IMG/VR virus record: IMGVR_UViG_3300020336_000481
Coordinates: 1-64,000 of that record
Reading direction: 5' to 3' (one strand)
Source of the DNA: a virus
Lineage: Duplodnaviria > Caudoviricetes
Length of the DNA: 64,000 nt
This document shows positions 1 to 9,739 of this stretch, in pieces (within the stretch, counting starts at the first letter, position 1; each line of letters starts with the position of its first letter). The translations under genes and the position numbers were made by a program. The notes beneath the pieces were generated by a model that worked only from the letters and a program-made list of their open reading frames with translations, had not been told where the DNA came from and made no database searches.

Positions 1-106
1 TTTCTTGGCTTACAACACTTTTATCAGCATTACCCCAATCGGTGTTTATATTGTCTCTAAAAAATTTATTTTCTTGTTGCACTGAATTAAAGATATAAAA
101 ATTCAT
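1..106 (-). CDS. N-terminal part of a hypothetical protein running off the left edge (MNFYIFNSVQQENKFFRDNINTDWGNADK...)
   Basis: ATG at 106 overlaps the TGA stop of 103..786 (ATGA coupling); frame open to the window edge. Confidence 0.6.
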   Translation of the reverse strand, partial: MNFYIFNSVQQENKFFRDNINTDWGNADKSVVSQE

Positions 107-786
107 ATTTTTCTTCCTTTAATATAATCTGCAAAAGTCTTATGACACTTTGGTCCTGGATGTAAGTTATCAGTACCTTTATCGAGATCATGTTTTATGT
201 TTCCTATACTTTTTACATTAAATTCTCTTTTTAAGTTTTCTAATTTATAATCATATTCACCCATCCAAACTGTAACAAACATTTCTATATTTTTTTGTTT
301 ACACAAGCTAAAAAATGTGTATATGTTCCAAAAATATTTTTGCCAAATAGTTTCAGACATTAACGTATTTGACCTAATAAAACTTTTGCGTAATTTAAGA
401 TTATCATTTAATAAATGCATGTCTCCTGGTACATATAAGTTGACATATTTTTCGTCATCTCTTACTACAACTTGCCTATGAGGATCACTTGCATACCAGT
501 AAAGTTTTTTTACATTATAATTATTTATTGCCCATGTAAGATTTAGTAATTGTACATCTATACCCGAACCAGGTATTGCGACATTCAAATAATTATCTCC
601 GTTAGCAATTAGGTATGGCCAAGACTGTTCTGCCTCAACACCTGTTGCATATGTTAAACTACATCCACCAAATAAAACAATTTCATCTGAAGTAGGTTCA
701 GGACCTCTAAATCCTAGACTGTTATTTTTATGATCAGTGTCATCAAACTTTATAGGAATATCTATAAGAAAACTAGCGGACATCAA
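103..786 (-). CDS. SGNH/GDSL-like hydrolase or acyltransferase
   Basis: block I-like LFGGCSLTYATG, block II-like NVAIPGSG, C-terminal DxxHP (DNLHPG). Confidence 0.65.
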   Translation of the reverse strand: MMSASFLIDIPIKFDDTDHKNNSLGFRGPEPTSDEIVLFGGCSLTYATGVEAEQSWPYLIANGDNYLNVAIPGSGIDVQLLNLTWAINNYNVKKLYWYASDPHRQVVVRDDEKYVNLYVPGDMHLLNDNLKLRKSFIRSNTLMSETIWQKYFWNIYTFFSLCKQKNIEMFVTVWMGEYDYKLENLKREFNVKSIGNIKHDLDKGTDNLHPGPKCHKTFADYIKGRKI

Positions 787-2056
787 ACATCTCTTTGATA
801 AACGGAAATATTTTAGGAGTTTCTTCTGCTCTAATTTTATCTAACCTGTGTGTCATATTTTGCATTTTAGGAATTTGATTAGTTTTATCTTCTTGATTCA
901 TATATGTAACTAAATTTCTAAAAGGGTCGCTTGGTATTTTATAAACTTTTTCTAATTCATCTGCATAAGCTAATAGTTTATCCGTAACTTGTTTTTTTAG
1001 ATGCGGTAATAATATTTGGCAGTTATAATATTCAGGCTGTATTAAATTATTTAAATGGAATGTTGTAAACCAATGATCATGTTTTTTATTTACATCTATC
1101 ATTCCTAGTTTAATACATTCTCTATGAAAGTCAGGCATATAATAGATATTCCAAAAACTTATAGTAGGATGTAATCCCCAATGCATATTTGGTCTTTCAA
1201 ATAATCCACTGTCCTTAAATTTACTGAAGTTAGCAACTACTTTATCCCAGTTGCCGCCTTTTCTTATATAGTTATAACGGTCACCCATATCATCTATACT
1301 TGCCATTAATTCAATGTGATCAAAATGTTTCCACATTTCTAATATATCATATTTTTTATATTTTAGTGCATTAAAGTTTGTACTGTAACGTAACCTAACA
1401 TCACTTCTACCTGCTTCTATTAACCTATCTAGTACTTTATAATGCTCGTCAGTAATTAAAGGTTCGCCTCCTGCAAAATGTATGTATTCTACTTTATCAA
1501 AAAATGTGTCAAAGTCTTTTTCAAACTCTAGTTCGTCAATCCAAATACGCTTAACTTTAGGTGGCGTACTAGGATGATTTTTATCTAGGTCCCAAAGTTT
1601 TATAAAGTCAGCATGCCACTGAGTACTAAATTCAATACCGCATGTTCTACATTTTTGATTGCACACATTACTAAATCTAAAATCCCAATGTATTAAATTC
1701 AGAGGATCAACACGGCCGTCTTCAGTTGTTTGTTCTACAATACCATAATGGTTTTCCAAATAACTGTCATTCATATGAGTACGTAAACTAGTAAATCCGT
1801 CGTTTTCTTTTTCGTAACATCTATAACAAAAATCAGGTCGTTCATTCCCTTCTAGCATATCCTTACGTAGTTGTTTCATACGATCACTATTCCAAATTTG
1901 CGGAATATCTTGATTGTTCATATTTCCTATTGTTTCATGTATAGGTGACAAACAACACGGATTTACATCTTTGTTTGGCATAAAATGCATGTGAGTCCAA
2001 GGAGCCATACAAAACACTTTTGATTTTTTTAAATCTTTTTTCTTCATATTATCCAT
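773..2056 (-). CDS. radical SAM enzyme with N-terminal twitch/SPASM-like Cys-rich domain
   Basis: CNQKCRTC (CX3CX2C), FAGGEP, N-terminal FCMAPW...PCC...IGN...IWNS...CYRC. Confidence 0.9.
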   Translation of the reverse strand: MDNMKKKDLKKSKVFCMAPWTHMHFMPNKDVNPCCLSPIHETIGNMNNQDIPQIWNSDRMKQLRKDMLEGNERPDFCYRCYEKENDGFTSLRTHMNDSYLENHYGIVEQTTEDGRVDPLNLIHWDFRFSNVCNQKCRTCGIEFSTQWHADFIKLWDLDKNHPSTPPKVKRIWIDELEFEKDFDTFFDKVEYIHFAGGEPLITDEHYKVLDRLIEAGRSDVRLRYSTNFNALKYKKYDILEMWKHFDHIELMASIDDMGDRYNYIRKGGNWDKVVANFSKFKDSGLFERPNMHWGLHPTISFWNIYYMPDFHRECIKLGMIDVNKKHDHWFTTFHLNNLIQPEYYNCQILLPHLKKQVTDKLLAYADELEKVYKIPSDPFRNLVTYMNQEDKTNQIPKMQNMTHRLDKIRAEETPKIFPFIKEMFDVR

Positions 2057-3419
2057 ATTGCATTTCCTTGTACAATTTTATAACTTTTGGTCGGTTATCT
2101 TTATTTAAGAATCTATTTCTATTACTTTCTAAAAATGGTTTAATTTTTTTAGCCATGTCTACACGCTGACCTATAGTCATTTTATCTAATCTGTCAATTT
2201 GGTCACATATCATATCAATTCTACTAGATAATTTTGCTACTCTATCATACGATTCGCTCCAAAATTCAGGAAAACTAAAATATCCTTCATTGTTTAAATA
2301 GGTAATTGTATCTTGAGATCCTAGTATTATAAACGGATGACCTATTTGAATAGGCTTCCATGTTTTTTCTGTAGTCCATAATACATTTATCTCGTCGTGG
2401 TATTCATACTCTCCTTTATCAATAATATCAGTTGCATATGTTTCTGTAACTAAACTTACTAGGCTATTTGCATAATGTTCTATATTGTGATATCTATCAT
2501 CTTTATATACATCGCCATCTTGTTTGTCAATAATAAGTCTTGCATTTTGTACATATTCCATCCATTTTAATTTTTCTTTTAAATATGCGTTAGATTTACT
2601 AAGATCAACAACACGGTTATCGTTAGTAGAAAATTGGCTACACGGTTGATCATACACATTATAACTAATATAACTTTTTTCTTGCAAATTACGTAAAAGT
2701 AACTCACTTACTAAACCTGCTCTATGTATTCTATTATTACCATTATAACTAAGTGCAACATTTTGCGGTTGCCATGTGTCTAAATTGTTTAACAACTTTT
2801 TGCGTTCTTTTTTTAGTACAGGTTTATCATAATTACGCAAACTTGTCCAGAGTAAATTTTCACCTGCCCTTGATTTATATGTAATTTGATGTTTTATCTG
2901 CCACCAATCTAAGCCAAATAACTTATAAGGATCTAAAAATTTTTTATATGCACAATTTATATCTCCTAATAATACAACTATATTGCTTTTAGGTACGCCC
3001 ATATGAACTAACTCGTCTGCTTGTTTTTTAACAAGAGCTATTGTTTGTATAGCAGCACCCTCTTCTTGATAAGTTAGTAAAATTTTAAATCTATTTTTTT
3101 TAGTCAAATATACAGTCTTTTCACTGACATATCTTGATATAGGTTTGCCACCATGAAAACTTAGTTCTATAGGATAGTAACAGTTTTTTATTCGCTGTTT
3201 TCCTGTTACAATATTAGGTTGTATTCCTATATATTTTAGTGTATTATATAACATTGTAACTCTATGAGTGCAACTATCATTATAAAACACGTCATCAGTT
3301 ATGTAAGGTATCTGATGTTTGTCTTTTGTAATATTAAAGTCTATACAAGCATTAGGAGCAGGATTTCCATTAATAATATTATCATAATAAAAACTAATAT
3401 TTTCCAAGAGGTTCTCCAA
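2049..3419 (-). CDS. hypothetical protein, possibly GT-B-type glycosyltransferase-like
   Basis: C-terminal SLVTET...TEKTWKPI..GHPFIILG...SESYD resembles the nucleotide-sugar-binding half of GT10-like folds; overlaps neighbours in the operon. Confidence 0.45.
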   Translation of the reverse strand: MENLLENISFYYDNIINGNPAPNACIDFNITKDKHQIPYITDDVFYNDSCTHRVTMLYNTLKYIGIQPNIVTGKQRIKNCYYPIELSFHGGKPISRYVSEKTVYLTKKNRFKILLTYQEEGAAIQTIALVKKQADELVHMGVPKSNIVVLLGDINCAYKKFLDPYKLFGLDWWQIKHQITYKSRAGENLLWTSLRNYDKPVLKKERKKLLNNLDTWQPQNVALSYNGNNRIHRAGLVSELLLRNLQEKSYISYNVYDQPCSQFSTNDNRVVDLSKSNAYLKEKLKWMEYVQNARLIIDKQDGDVYKDDRYHNIEHYANSLVSLVTETYATDIIDKGEYEYHDEINVLWTTEKTWKPIQIGHPFIILGSQDTITYLNNEGYFSFPEFWSESYDRVAKLSSRIDMICDQIDRLDKMTIGQRVDMAKKIKPFLESNRNRFLNKDNRPKVIKLYKEMQYG

Positions 3420-4839
3420 TGTTTTTATTATCAGGCTTTAGTATCCAGCCTTCTTTTTCTGCAAGTTCCATAATACTTGCATCTGTGTCTGGAATACTTT
3501 CAACCCAGTCTGTTAATATTTTAGGAAATACACTTAGACTCTTGTTTCTACGTACATCATACTGTGCATAAAATGTTTTAAAATCGCGCCACAGTGTAAC
3601 AGGATTACTTGTGCGTCTATGCGGTGCATCTACAGTTACTAGGTAATCTATTAAACGTTCAATACTTGCTTTTTCAAATTCGTGCCAGCCTGGCTTGTGT
3701 TTATTCTCTTCCCACCATGTGCTGAATTTATTATGTAAATGATCTTTAATATGATTAGGCAATGCTAACGGGCTTTGAAAACTTGGAAAACGCAATAAGT
3801 TTAAACTTACAGTTGGCGTTCTACTTTGTGTAAGTTCTTTTAGTTTATACACTTCGTCTAAAAATTCAGTAATACTAAACAAACACAAACTATTAATAGT
3901 CATCATAATATTAATGTTATTGCAGTTACCTTCTGTTAGCATACGTTTAATATTAGTAAGCCACTGTTCATAAACTAATCCGTCACGAATATATTCTGCT
4001 TGTTTACCAACTGCTTCACAACTAGTATACAAATCAAAATGTTTCATTCCTTGTGTTTTATCAATTAACTTGTCGATAATATCTTCTTTAGCAATTAGAT
4101 TACTGTTAATTGCAAAACGCATATTAGTTTCTTGTGCGTTAAACCAATCAAACAGTTTCCAAGTGTTGCCGCTCATTAAAGGTTCGCCACCTGTAACCCG
4201 CAGTTCTTCTAAACTATCAGCTAGGCCACTATCCCACCATTTCCAAAATGCTTGTATGTAAGGATTGTCTTCGTCATTTTTATAAGGTTGTGTCCAACTA
4301 CCGTCTTGCTTAAATGCACCAGCGCCATCACTTACAAGATTAGTGTATTCGCCATTCTTTTTAATATCTTTAGCCCATGTAGTTGAAAAACTTGCATTGC
4401 AATAGCTACACGCTAAATTGCATGTCCTATCAAAAGCAATTTCAAATGTTTTAAGATTAACATTATCATTTGCATCTGCTTCGTATGCACGTTGTAATTC
4501 TTCGTCTGAGTAAATAATACTTTTAAAAGTTCTGTCACTAACAGCATCTTTTTTCATATCTTCCATCTTCCAGCAATATTCACACTCAGCAGGTCTCTCG
4601 CCTTTTTGCATCATACGGCGCATTTCTTTTTTATGTGCAGTATTGTGTATTGCTGTGGGATTATCTTGAATCTCTACTAATGGTATTTTATGTGCAGGTG
4701 GGTGATGACAACTTGCAGTTGTGCCACTACCTAACCATGTAGTAGCATTATACCATTTAGCACCACAAAAACTTTTACTTTTTGTATCTAAAACTCTATC
4801 ACGATATTGCTGTAAATTTTCGTTATCTTTTTTAGGCAC
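3394..4839 (-). CDS. radical SAM enzyme
   Basis: CNLACSYC, VTGGEP; N-terminal FCGAKW..SCHHP..CEYCW auxiliary Cys motif. Confidence 0.9.
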   Translation of the reverse strand: MPKKDNENLQQYRDRVLDTKSKSFCGAKWYNATTWLGSGTTASCHHPPAHKIPLVEIQDNPTAIHNTAHKKEMRRMMQKGERPAECEYCWKMEDMKKDAVSDRTFKSIIYSDEELQRAYEADANDNVNLKTFEIAFDRTCNLACSYCNASFSTTWAKDIKKNGEYTNLVSDGAGAFKQDGSWTQPYKNDEDNPYIQAFWKWWDSGLADSLEELRVTGGEPLMSGNTWKLFDWFNAQETNMRFAINSNLIAKEDIIDKLIDKTQGMKHFDLYTSCEAVGKQAEYIRDGLVYEQWLTNIKRMLTEGNCNNINIMMTINSLCLFSITEFLDEVYKLKELTQSRTPTVSLNLLRFPSFQSPLALPNHIKDHLHNKFSTWWEENKHKPGWHEFEKASIERLIDYLVTVDAPHRRTSNPVTLWRDFKTFYAQYDVRRNKSLSVFPKILTDWVESIPDTDASIMELAEKEGWILKPDNKNIGEPLGKY

Positions 4840-6205
4840 TCCATGTCTCCATTAAGTTCTCGTAATCTTTAAAGGTTATATAAAAATCTTTACTACGCCT
4901 TTTATCATATTCGCTTATAAATTTTACAAAATCTTTTCTATGCTCTACAGCATTAGTCTGTGTTTTTAAGTATTCACAAAACCTTTTTATCTGATCCCAT
5001 TCTTCTAGATATAATCTAGCAAACTTTTCTGGACTATTATACTTTAACCAACTATTACAAATTGTTTCAATGTCATTTGCATACTTTACTCTCTCCTTAG
5101 TATCAAGTAAAGAACATTGTAAATGAGGTGGCCATCTTAAATAATTTACACTCAACGGAACACGATTATATTCAAACGAAGTATTGTGTTTTGCTCTTAA
5201 ATCCATAAGTGTTTTTATAAAATCAGTAAACGTTGGTAAACTTAGAATATTAATAGTAGTCATAATAGCAACTTTACTCTTAGTTAACTCTAATACTTTA
5301 TTTACATTGTCTAACCATTGCTTATAATTTAGTCCGTCACGTGCATATTCAGCTTGTTCGCCTGTGCTTTCAATACTTGTATAAATGTCAACATTTATGC
5401 CAACTTCTTGTAACTGATTTAATTTTTTAATTAGTTTATCAATTAGTACATCAGGTACTCCAAGATTACTATTAATTGCAATATCTATTTTGTATTGAGG
5501 ATTTTCTAATAGATAATCTAACACTTTCCAAGTATCTTTACTCATAGTAGGCTCACCGCCGGTTATTCTAAAAACTTTTAAATAAGGTAAAGCGTCTGGA
5601 AACCATTTCCAAAATGCCGTAACATAAGGATTATCCTCACTATGTTTATATGGATACTTTCCACTAGACTTTAAGTAGTCTAAATTATGAGCACCGTGCT
5701 TTGTAGGATATTGTCCATACTTGTTTATATCTTCCATCCACTTAGAACTAATTTCTGGTGAACAATATGAACATGCAAAATTACATGCATTACTAAAACT
5801 TACTTCCAAATAACTAGGATAAACATTTTTGTTTGGATCTGATTTTGCTATTTCTTCAAATCTGTCCCATGCCCATGTGTCAGATGTTTTGTAATGTCTA
5901 TCACTAAAGTATGTGTTATCTAAGTCTTCAATATTCCAACAATAATCACACTCTTTAGGACGTTCACCTTTTAACATTTTTTCTCGTTGTTCTTTTTTGT
6001 ATTTGCTATTGTGAAGTGCAGAAGGGTCCAACTCAATCTCTGCCAAAGGTATCTTGTGTGGAGCAGGATGATGACAGGAATGGTTGAACCCATTCTGCAA
6101 GTACAAAGTCGTTTGCAACCATTTTGCTGTGCAAAAGGAACAACTTACCTTGTTCATTTGTTCTCGTTTTATTTCAAGAACTTGTATTTTTTGTTCGTTA
6201 CTCAT
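4832..6205 (-). CDS. radical SAM enzyme, paralog of 3394..4839
   Basis: CNFACSYC, ITGGEP; N-terminal FCTAKW..SCHHP..CDYCW; shares NPY..AFWKW with the neighbour. Confidence 0.9.
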   Translation of the reverse strand: MSNEQKIQVLEIKREQMNKVSCSFCTAKWLQTTLYLQNGFNHSCHHPAPHKIPLAEIELDPSALHNSKYKKEQREKMLKGERPKECDYCWNIEDLDNTYFSDRHYKTSDTWAWDRFEEIAKSDPNKNVYPSYLEVSFSNACNFACSYCSPEISSKWMEDINKYGQYPTKHGAHNLDYLKSSGKYPYKHSEDNPYVTAFWKWFPDALPYLKVFRITGGEPTMSKDTWKVLDYLLENPQYKIDIAINSNLGVPDVLIDKLIKKLNQLQEVGINVDIYTSIESTGEQAEYARDGLNYKQWLDNVNKVLELTKSKVAIMTTINILSLPTFTDFIKTLMDLRAKHNTSFEYNRVPLSVNYLRWPPHLQCSLLDTKERVKYANDIETICNSWLKYNSPEKFARLYLEEWDQIKRFCEYLKTQTNAVEHRKDFVKFISEYDKRRSKDFYITFKDYENLMETWSA

Positions 6206-7101
6206 TTATTTCTAATAACTCTCGGAGTATTTGCATAAACAGTTTTAAAAAATTTACTTTGATCACTATTAAGAGACTTAACAGGTATTTCTATACCTAG
6301 TTCATTAACTAACTTTTCGCCCAATTCTTCAATTGAATCTTCTAAACCAGCTAATGATATTGTTTGTTCATTTTCTTTCCAAAAATTATTTAGGTACGTA
6401 AAGTCACGAGTTTGCACATGGTCCCAATCTGTACACATAGTCATATACGTACCTTGCCTAGCACCAAATATTGACCACTTACCGTTTTCTATATCAGCAC
6501 CTACAGACATCCAGATTAAAAGTCTATGGTAGTTTTGCCACCAGTTTGTTCTTAGGTCATCAACTTTTTTTCCTTGATCTAAACTCATTTTGACTCCTTC
6601 ACGAAAACCTGCTCTCCAGGCTTGTTGCGGAGTTGAACTTATTATACTAGTACTAAAATTTTCGTTAAGCTGATAGTAGTTGTCAAAGTAACAAAACTCT
6701 ATTTGATGACGATCTTCACCGTCTGTGTTTTCATGCGTTTTCATATTTTTTACAAAATCTTTAGTCCACATTTTTAAGCTACCATTGCCATATTTTAAAC
6801 CGTTTACATCTATATTACCACACCAACTAAATTGGTAATCATCATCAACTCCAAGTTTATCAAGATCCAATTCTTGTTTTAAAAAGTCAGGATGCATTTG
6901 AGTGTCACCGTCAACAGTAACAAAATGCTTAGTTTCACTTAATTCAGCACAGGCTTTATGGGCAGCATCTGAACCTTCTACTCCGTGTACACGTTTTGCC
7001 CAAGGAACCTTAGTTAGTAAGTCTGTGTAATTTTGCTCAGCATTAGGCTCGTCATAACTTAAAAATATAATATCTTGATCAATAATTTTTATCTTTGACA
7101 T
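6202..7101 (-). CDS. glycosyltransferase-like protein (GT-A)
   Basis: FLSYDEPNA, AAHKACA, VTVDGD (DxD); start placed at MSKIK (7101), just past the stop of the upstream gene, rather than 7173. Confidence 0.6.
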   Translation of the reverse strand: MSKIKIIDQDIIFLSYDEPNAEQNYTDLLTKVPWAKRVHGVEGSDAAHKACAELSETKHFVTVDGDTQMHPDFLKQELDLDKLGVDDDYQFSWCGNIDVNGLKYGNGSLKMWTKDFVKNMKTHENTDGEDRHQIEFCYFDNYYQLNENFSTSIISSTPQQAWRAGFREGVKMSLDQGKKVDDLRTNWWQNYHRLLIWMSVGADIENGKWSIFGARQGTYMTMCTDWDHVQTRDFTYLNNFWKENEQTISLAGLEDSIEELGEKLVNELGIEIPVKSLNSDQSKFFKTVYANTPRVIRNK

Positions 7102-7102
7102 G

Positions 7103-7648
7103 TTATTTCCTTCTATGATAATATGCATCAAAAACTTTGATACAGTATAAACTGGTATTTTTGTTTGATGCAATATTATTTTTAATTTTATATGTGCCGG
7201 TTTGTAGCAATTCGCTGATAGGTATACTCAATGTATCTATCAGGATATTAGGGTTATTTTTTTCAGTTATATAAACATATTGCATTTTATCTTTATAAAA
7301 ATTACTACTAGATAGAAAAGTTTTTAATGTGTTACTAATAGTAACTTCCCAAACTTTTTGTTTTATATCTTGTACAATTTCTACATAATTTTTACTATTA
7401 GGCTTTTTATCGACAAGTTTATGTATACTTTGATCTACATCAAACTCCATAAGATCTTTGTTTTTTCCTACAAGCTCAAACACCTTATCTTTAGTTGATG
7501 GTATTACTATATAATCTTGCATTAACTTTTTACCATCAATAAAATCTTTATATGTATCGCTGTCAACTTCAATAAAACTGCTATCAGGCTCTACGTTAGT
7601 AAATGATTTAATAGTACCTGTTTTTTGGTCAAAGTTAATATACAACAT
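7103..7648 (-). CDS. hypothetical protein
   Basis: 181-aa ORF coupled to both neighbours; no motif recognised. Confidence 0.7.
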   Translation of the reverse strand: MLYINFDQKTGTIKSFTNVEPDSSFIEVDSDTYKDFIDGKKLMQDYIVIPSTKDKVFELVGKNKDLMEFDVDQSIHKLVDKKPNSKNYVEIVQDIKQKVWEVTISNTLKTFLSSSNFYKDKMQYVYITEKNNPNILIDTLSIPISELLQTGTYKIKNNIASNKNTSLYCIKVFDAYYHRRK

Positions 7649-8472
7649 TATGCAGACTCCAACTGTTTAATAATTTCGTTAGATAAGAAATTATCTTCTA
7701 CATAATGAAATGGTTTTGTTTGTAAAAAATTTCCAATCATAAGTGAACCATCTGTTTTTAAATATTTGCCTATTGCTTTTGTCCAACTTGAGGGAATATT
7801 ATTCCAGTGCTGAATCTTAGGTTTCATATGTACAAAATTAATAAAACTATTTGTATTTGTTATTTGTGTTTCAATTCCTAAAATTTTACAAGCAATCGCG
7901 GCACTCATATCAATACTGCACCATTTTTGAAATCTTTCTTTTGCAAATTTTGTATAAAATAATTCCCAGTTGTTAACAACTATTTCTAACATAGTATAAA
8001 ACTCTTTTGCTTCATTGCACTTTTTAAAATAATGTATTGTAGAATATAACATAGGTAGATCATTTGCAATAAAAGTTTTTCTATGTGCGTTTCCTATTGG
8101 TTCGTTTCTATAAGTTGTTGGGTTAGTTACAAAAAATAAATTATATTTGTTTAGTTCTTTCCACCAATGATTAATGTTCTGTAAAAATAGTACGTCAGCA
8201 TCACATACAATGGTTTCGTCGTATGGTGTTACATGATATATTTTCCATCTATTTTCAACTTTCCAAGTTGATTCTTGTGCTTGGTCGTCCCAAGGAATGT
8301 CTATAATTTTGTCAAATACTTTTTTATACTTTGCAGATACTTTATCGTTTGTAATTAAACTAATTTTTGCATCTGGATTAAATTTAATAATACTTAATGC
8401 ACACGCATACGCTTGTCTTACATAGTCAGTTGTTTTGTTATTTTGTGCAAGTATACAAAAGCCTTTATTCAT
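7648..8472 (-). CDS. GT-A glycosyltransferase-like protein (GT8-like)
   Basis: TPYDETIVCDADV (DxD), N-terminal GFCILA..DY...A, C-terminal FHY. Confidence 0.65.
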   Translation of the reverse strand: MNKGFCILAQNNKTTDYVRQAYACALSIIKFNPDAKISLITNDKVSAKYKKVFDKIIDIPWDDQAQESTWKVENRWKIYHVTPYDETIVCDADVLFLQNINHWWKELNKYNLFFVTNPTTYRNEPIGNAHRKTFIANDLPMLYSTIHYFKKCNEAKEFYTMLEIVVNNWELFYTKFAKERFQKWCSIDMSAAIACKILGIETQITNTNSFINFVHMKPKIQHWNNIPSSWTKAIGKYLKTDGSLMIGNFLQTKPFHYVEDNFLSNEIIKQLESA

Positions 8473-9325
8473 TTACAAACTCCTTATCTATGTGTCTGTT
8501 TAAACTAAACTTATTCATTAGATGTAAGTTACAATCTTTAACAGTGTTTATTGTATAATGGCCCATCCAGTGTTTTTTATCAAGTAAGATATAAAATTTT
8601 TCATCTTTATATTGATGTAACACATCTCTGTCAGTTGTGAACCATAGATTACCTGGCGGTTGCTTTGGCCAATGTTGTTTTGTAAATCCGTTTAAAATAT
8701 GTATTGCTATACTAAAAGCAAAATCATTCCTAAAGTTCTTTGTTGGTATTTGATATATTAATCTATAGTAATGCCAATTTTCTCTAATATGTTTTACTAG
8801 ATCAAAATAAAATTTTGTTTCATCTGTTTTTTTAAAATAAAATATTGTAGCCCAATACATATCTATTGACCTGTCACTGATTCTTAAATATTCTTCTTTG
8901 TCTGGTCTGTCGGGATTAATGTCATGGATTGTTTTATAAATTAAAAAATCTTCGTTATAATTAAAACATTCTAATAATTTATCATTGCTTACAATAATAT
9001 CTGTATCCATTACTATTGTTTCGTCAAATGGTGATACTTCGTAGCAATCTGATCTATTATGATTTTTCCAAGGCAATGTTCTATTAGCCATAGACCCGTC
9101 GTAAAATATACGAGTTTGTTTTGTTTCAGGAATTGACGCTTCGATTACGTGTGTAATATAATTTTTATAAAAAGGATACGTTTTCTTTAGGTAAGGGATG
9201 TTATCAGTGCAGACGGCTACATCAAGATTAAGAAATTCCTTAATCCTTTTTGCACAATAAACTGCCTGTTTTAAATAATCAACGGACTGGTTATTATAAG
9301 CAAATAAAAGTACGCCTTTGCTCAT
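8465..9325 (-). CDS. GT-A glycosyltransferase-like protein, paralog of 7648..8472
   Basis: SPFDETIVMDTDI (DxD), FRNDFAFSIA, HLMNK. Confidence 0.65.
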   Translation of the reverse strand: MSKGVLLFAYNNQSVDYLKQAVYCAKRIKEFLNLDVAVCTDNIPYLKKTYPFYKNYITHVIEASIPETKQTRIFYDGSMANRTLPWKNHNRSDCYEVSPFDETIVMDTDIIVSNDKLLECFNYNEDFLIYKTIHDINPDRPDKEEYLRISDRSIDMYWATIFYFKKTDETKFYFDLVKHIRENWHYYRLIYQIPTKNFRNDFAFSIAIHILNGFTKQHWPKQPPGNLWFTTDRDVLHQYKDEKFYILLDKKHWMGHYTINTVKDCNLHLMNKFSLNRHIDKEFVNE

Positions 9326-9669
9326 AAATCAACAATACCTTCTATTGTACGCTTTGTTTTTATTTTACTATATTCTGTAAAATATGCATTTATATTTGTA
9401 AAATAAATGTTAAGCAAAGTGTCATTGAATTTTTGTAAATCTTCAATTTCAATAGGGGTATTATTGTCGTCAATTAAAACAGTTTCAGTTTGATTATTTT
9501 GTAATAACGTATTGCAAAAGTTTAACAATACTTGTGTTACTGAAAATTTTCCACCGTTAATGTAGTGAACAGAATTTTCAAGGAATTTCTCGTGTAACAA
9601 CCTTTTTTGATTGTTAAGAGTAATCATATGGTTGGAAAATTCCAACGCTTTTTCTAATCTTTCATCCAT
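9322..9669 (-). CDS. hypothetical protein, first gene of the enzyme operon
   Basis: GGAG RBS at 9682-9679 favours ATG 9669 (MDERLEKALEF) over 9684. Confidence 0.7.
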   Translation of the reverse strand: MDERLEKALEFSNHMITLNNQKRLLHEKFLENSVHYINGGKFSVTQVLLNFCNTLLQNNQTETVLIDDNNTPIEIEDLQKFNDTLLNIYFTNINAYFTEYSKIKTKRTIEGIVDL

Positions 9670-9697
9670 TATAATATGCTCCAATACCTATTATAAC

Positions 9698-9726
9698 AGT
9701 ATATATTAAAAAGTTAGCGTTGTCAA
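9698..9726 (-). promoter_or_regulatory. sigma70-type promoter TTGACA-N17-TATACT for the glycosyltransferase/radical SAM operon
   Basis: -35 at 9726-9721, -10 at 9703-9698, 17-nt spacer, intergenic. Confidence 0.85.
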
Positions 9727-9739
9727 GTGTTTTTGTGGC

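Noticed and set aside
7102-7173. Longer N-terminus of the 323-aa ORF
   Set aside because: Overlaps the upstream gene by 71 nt; the ATG at 7101 gives normal coupling
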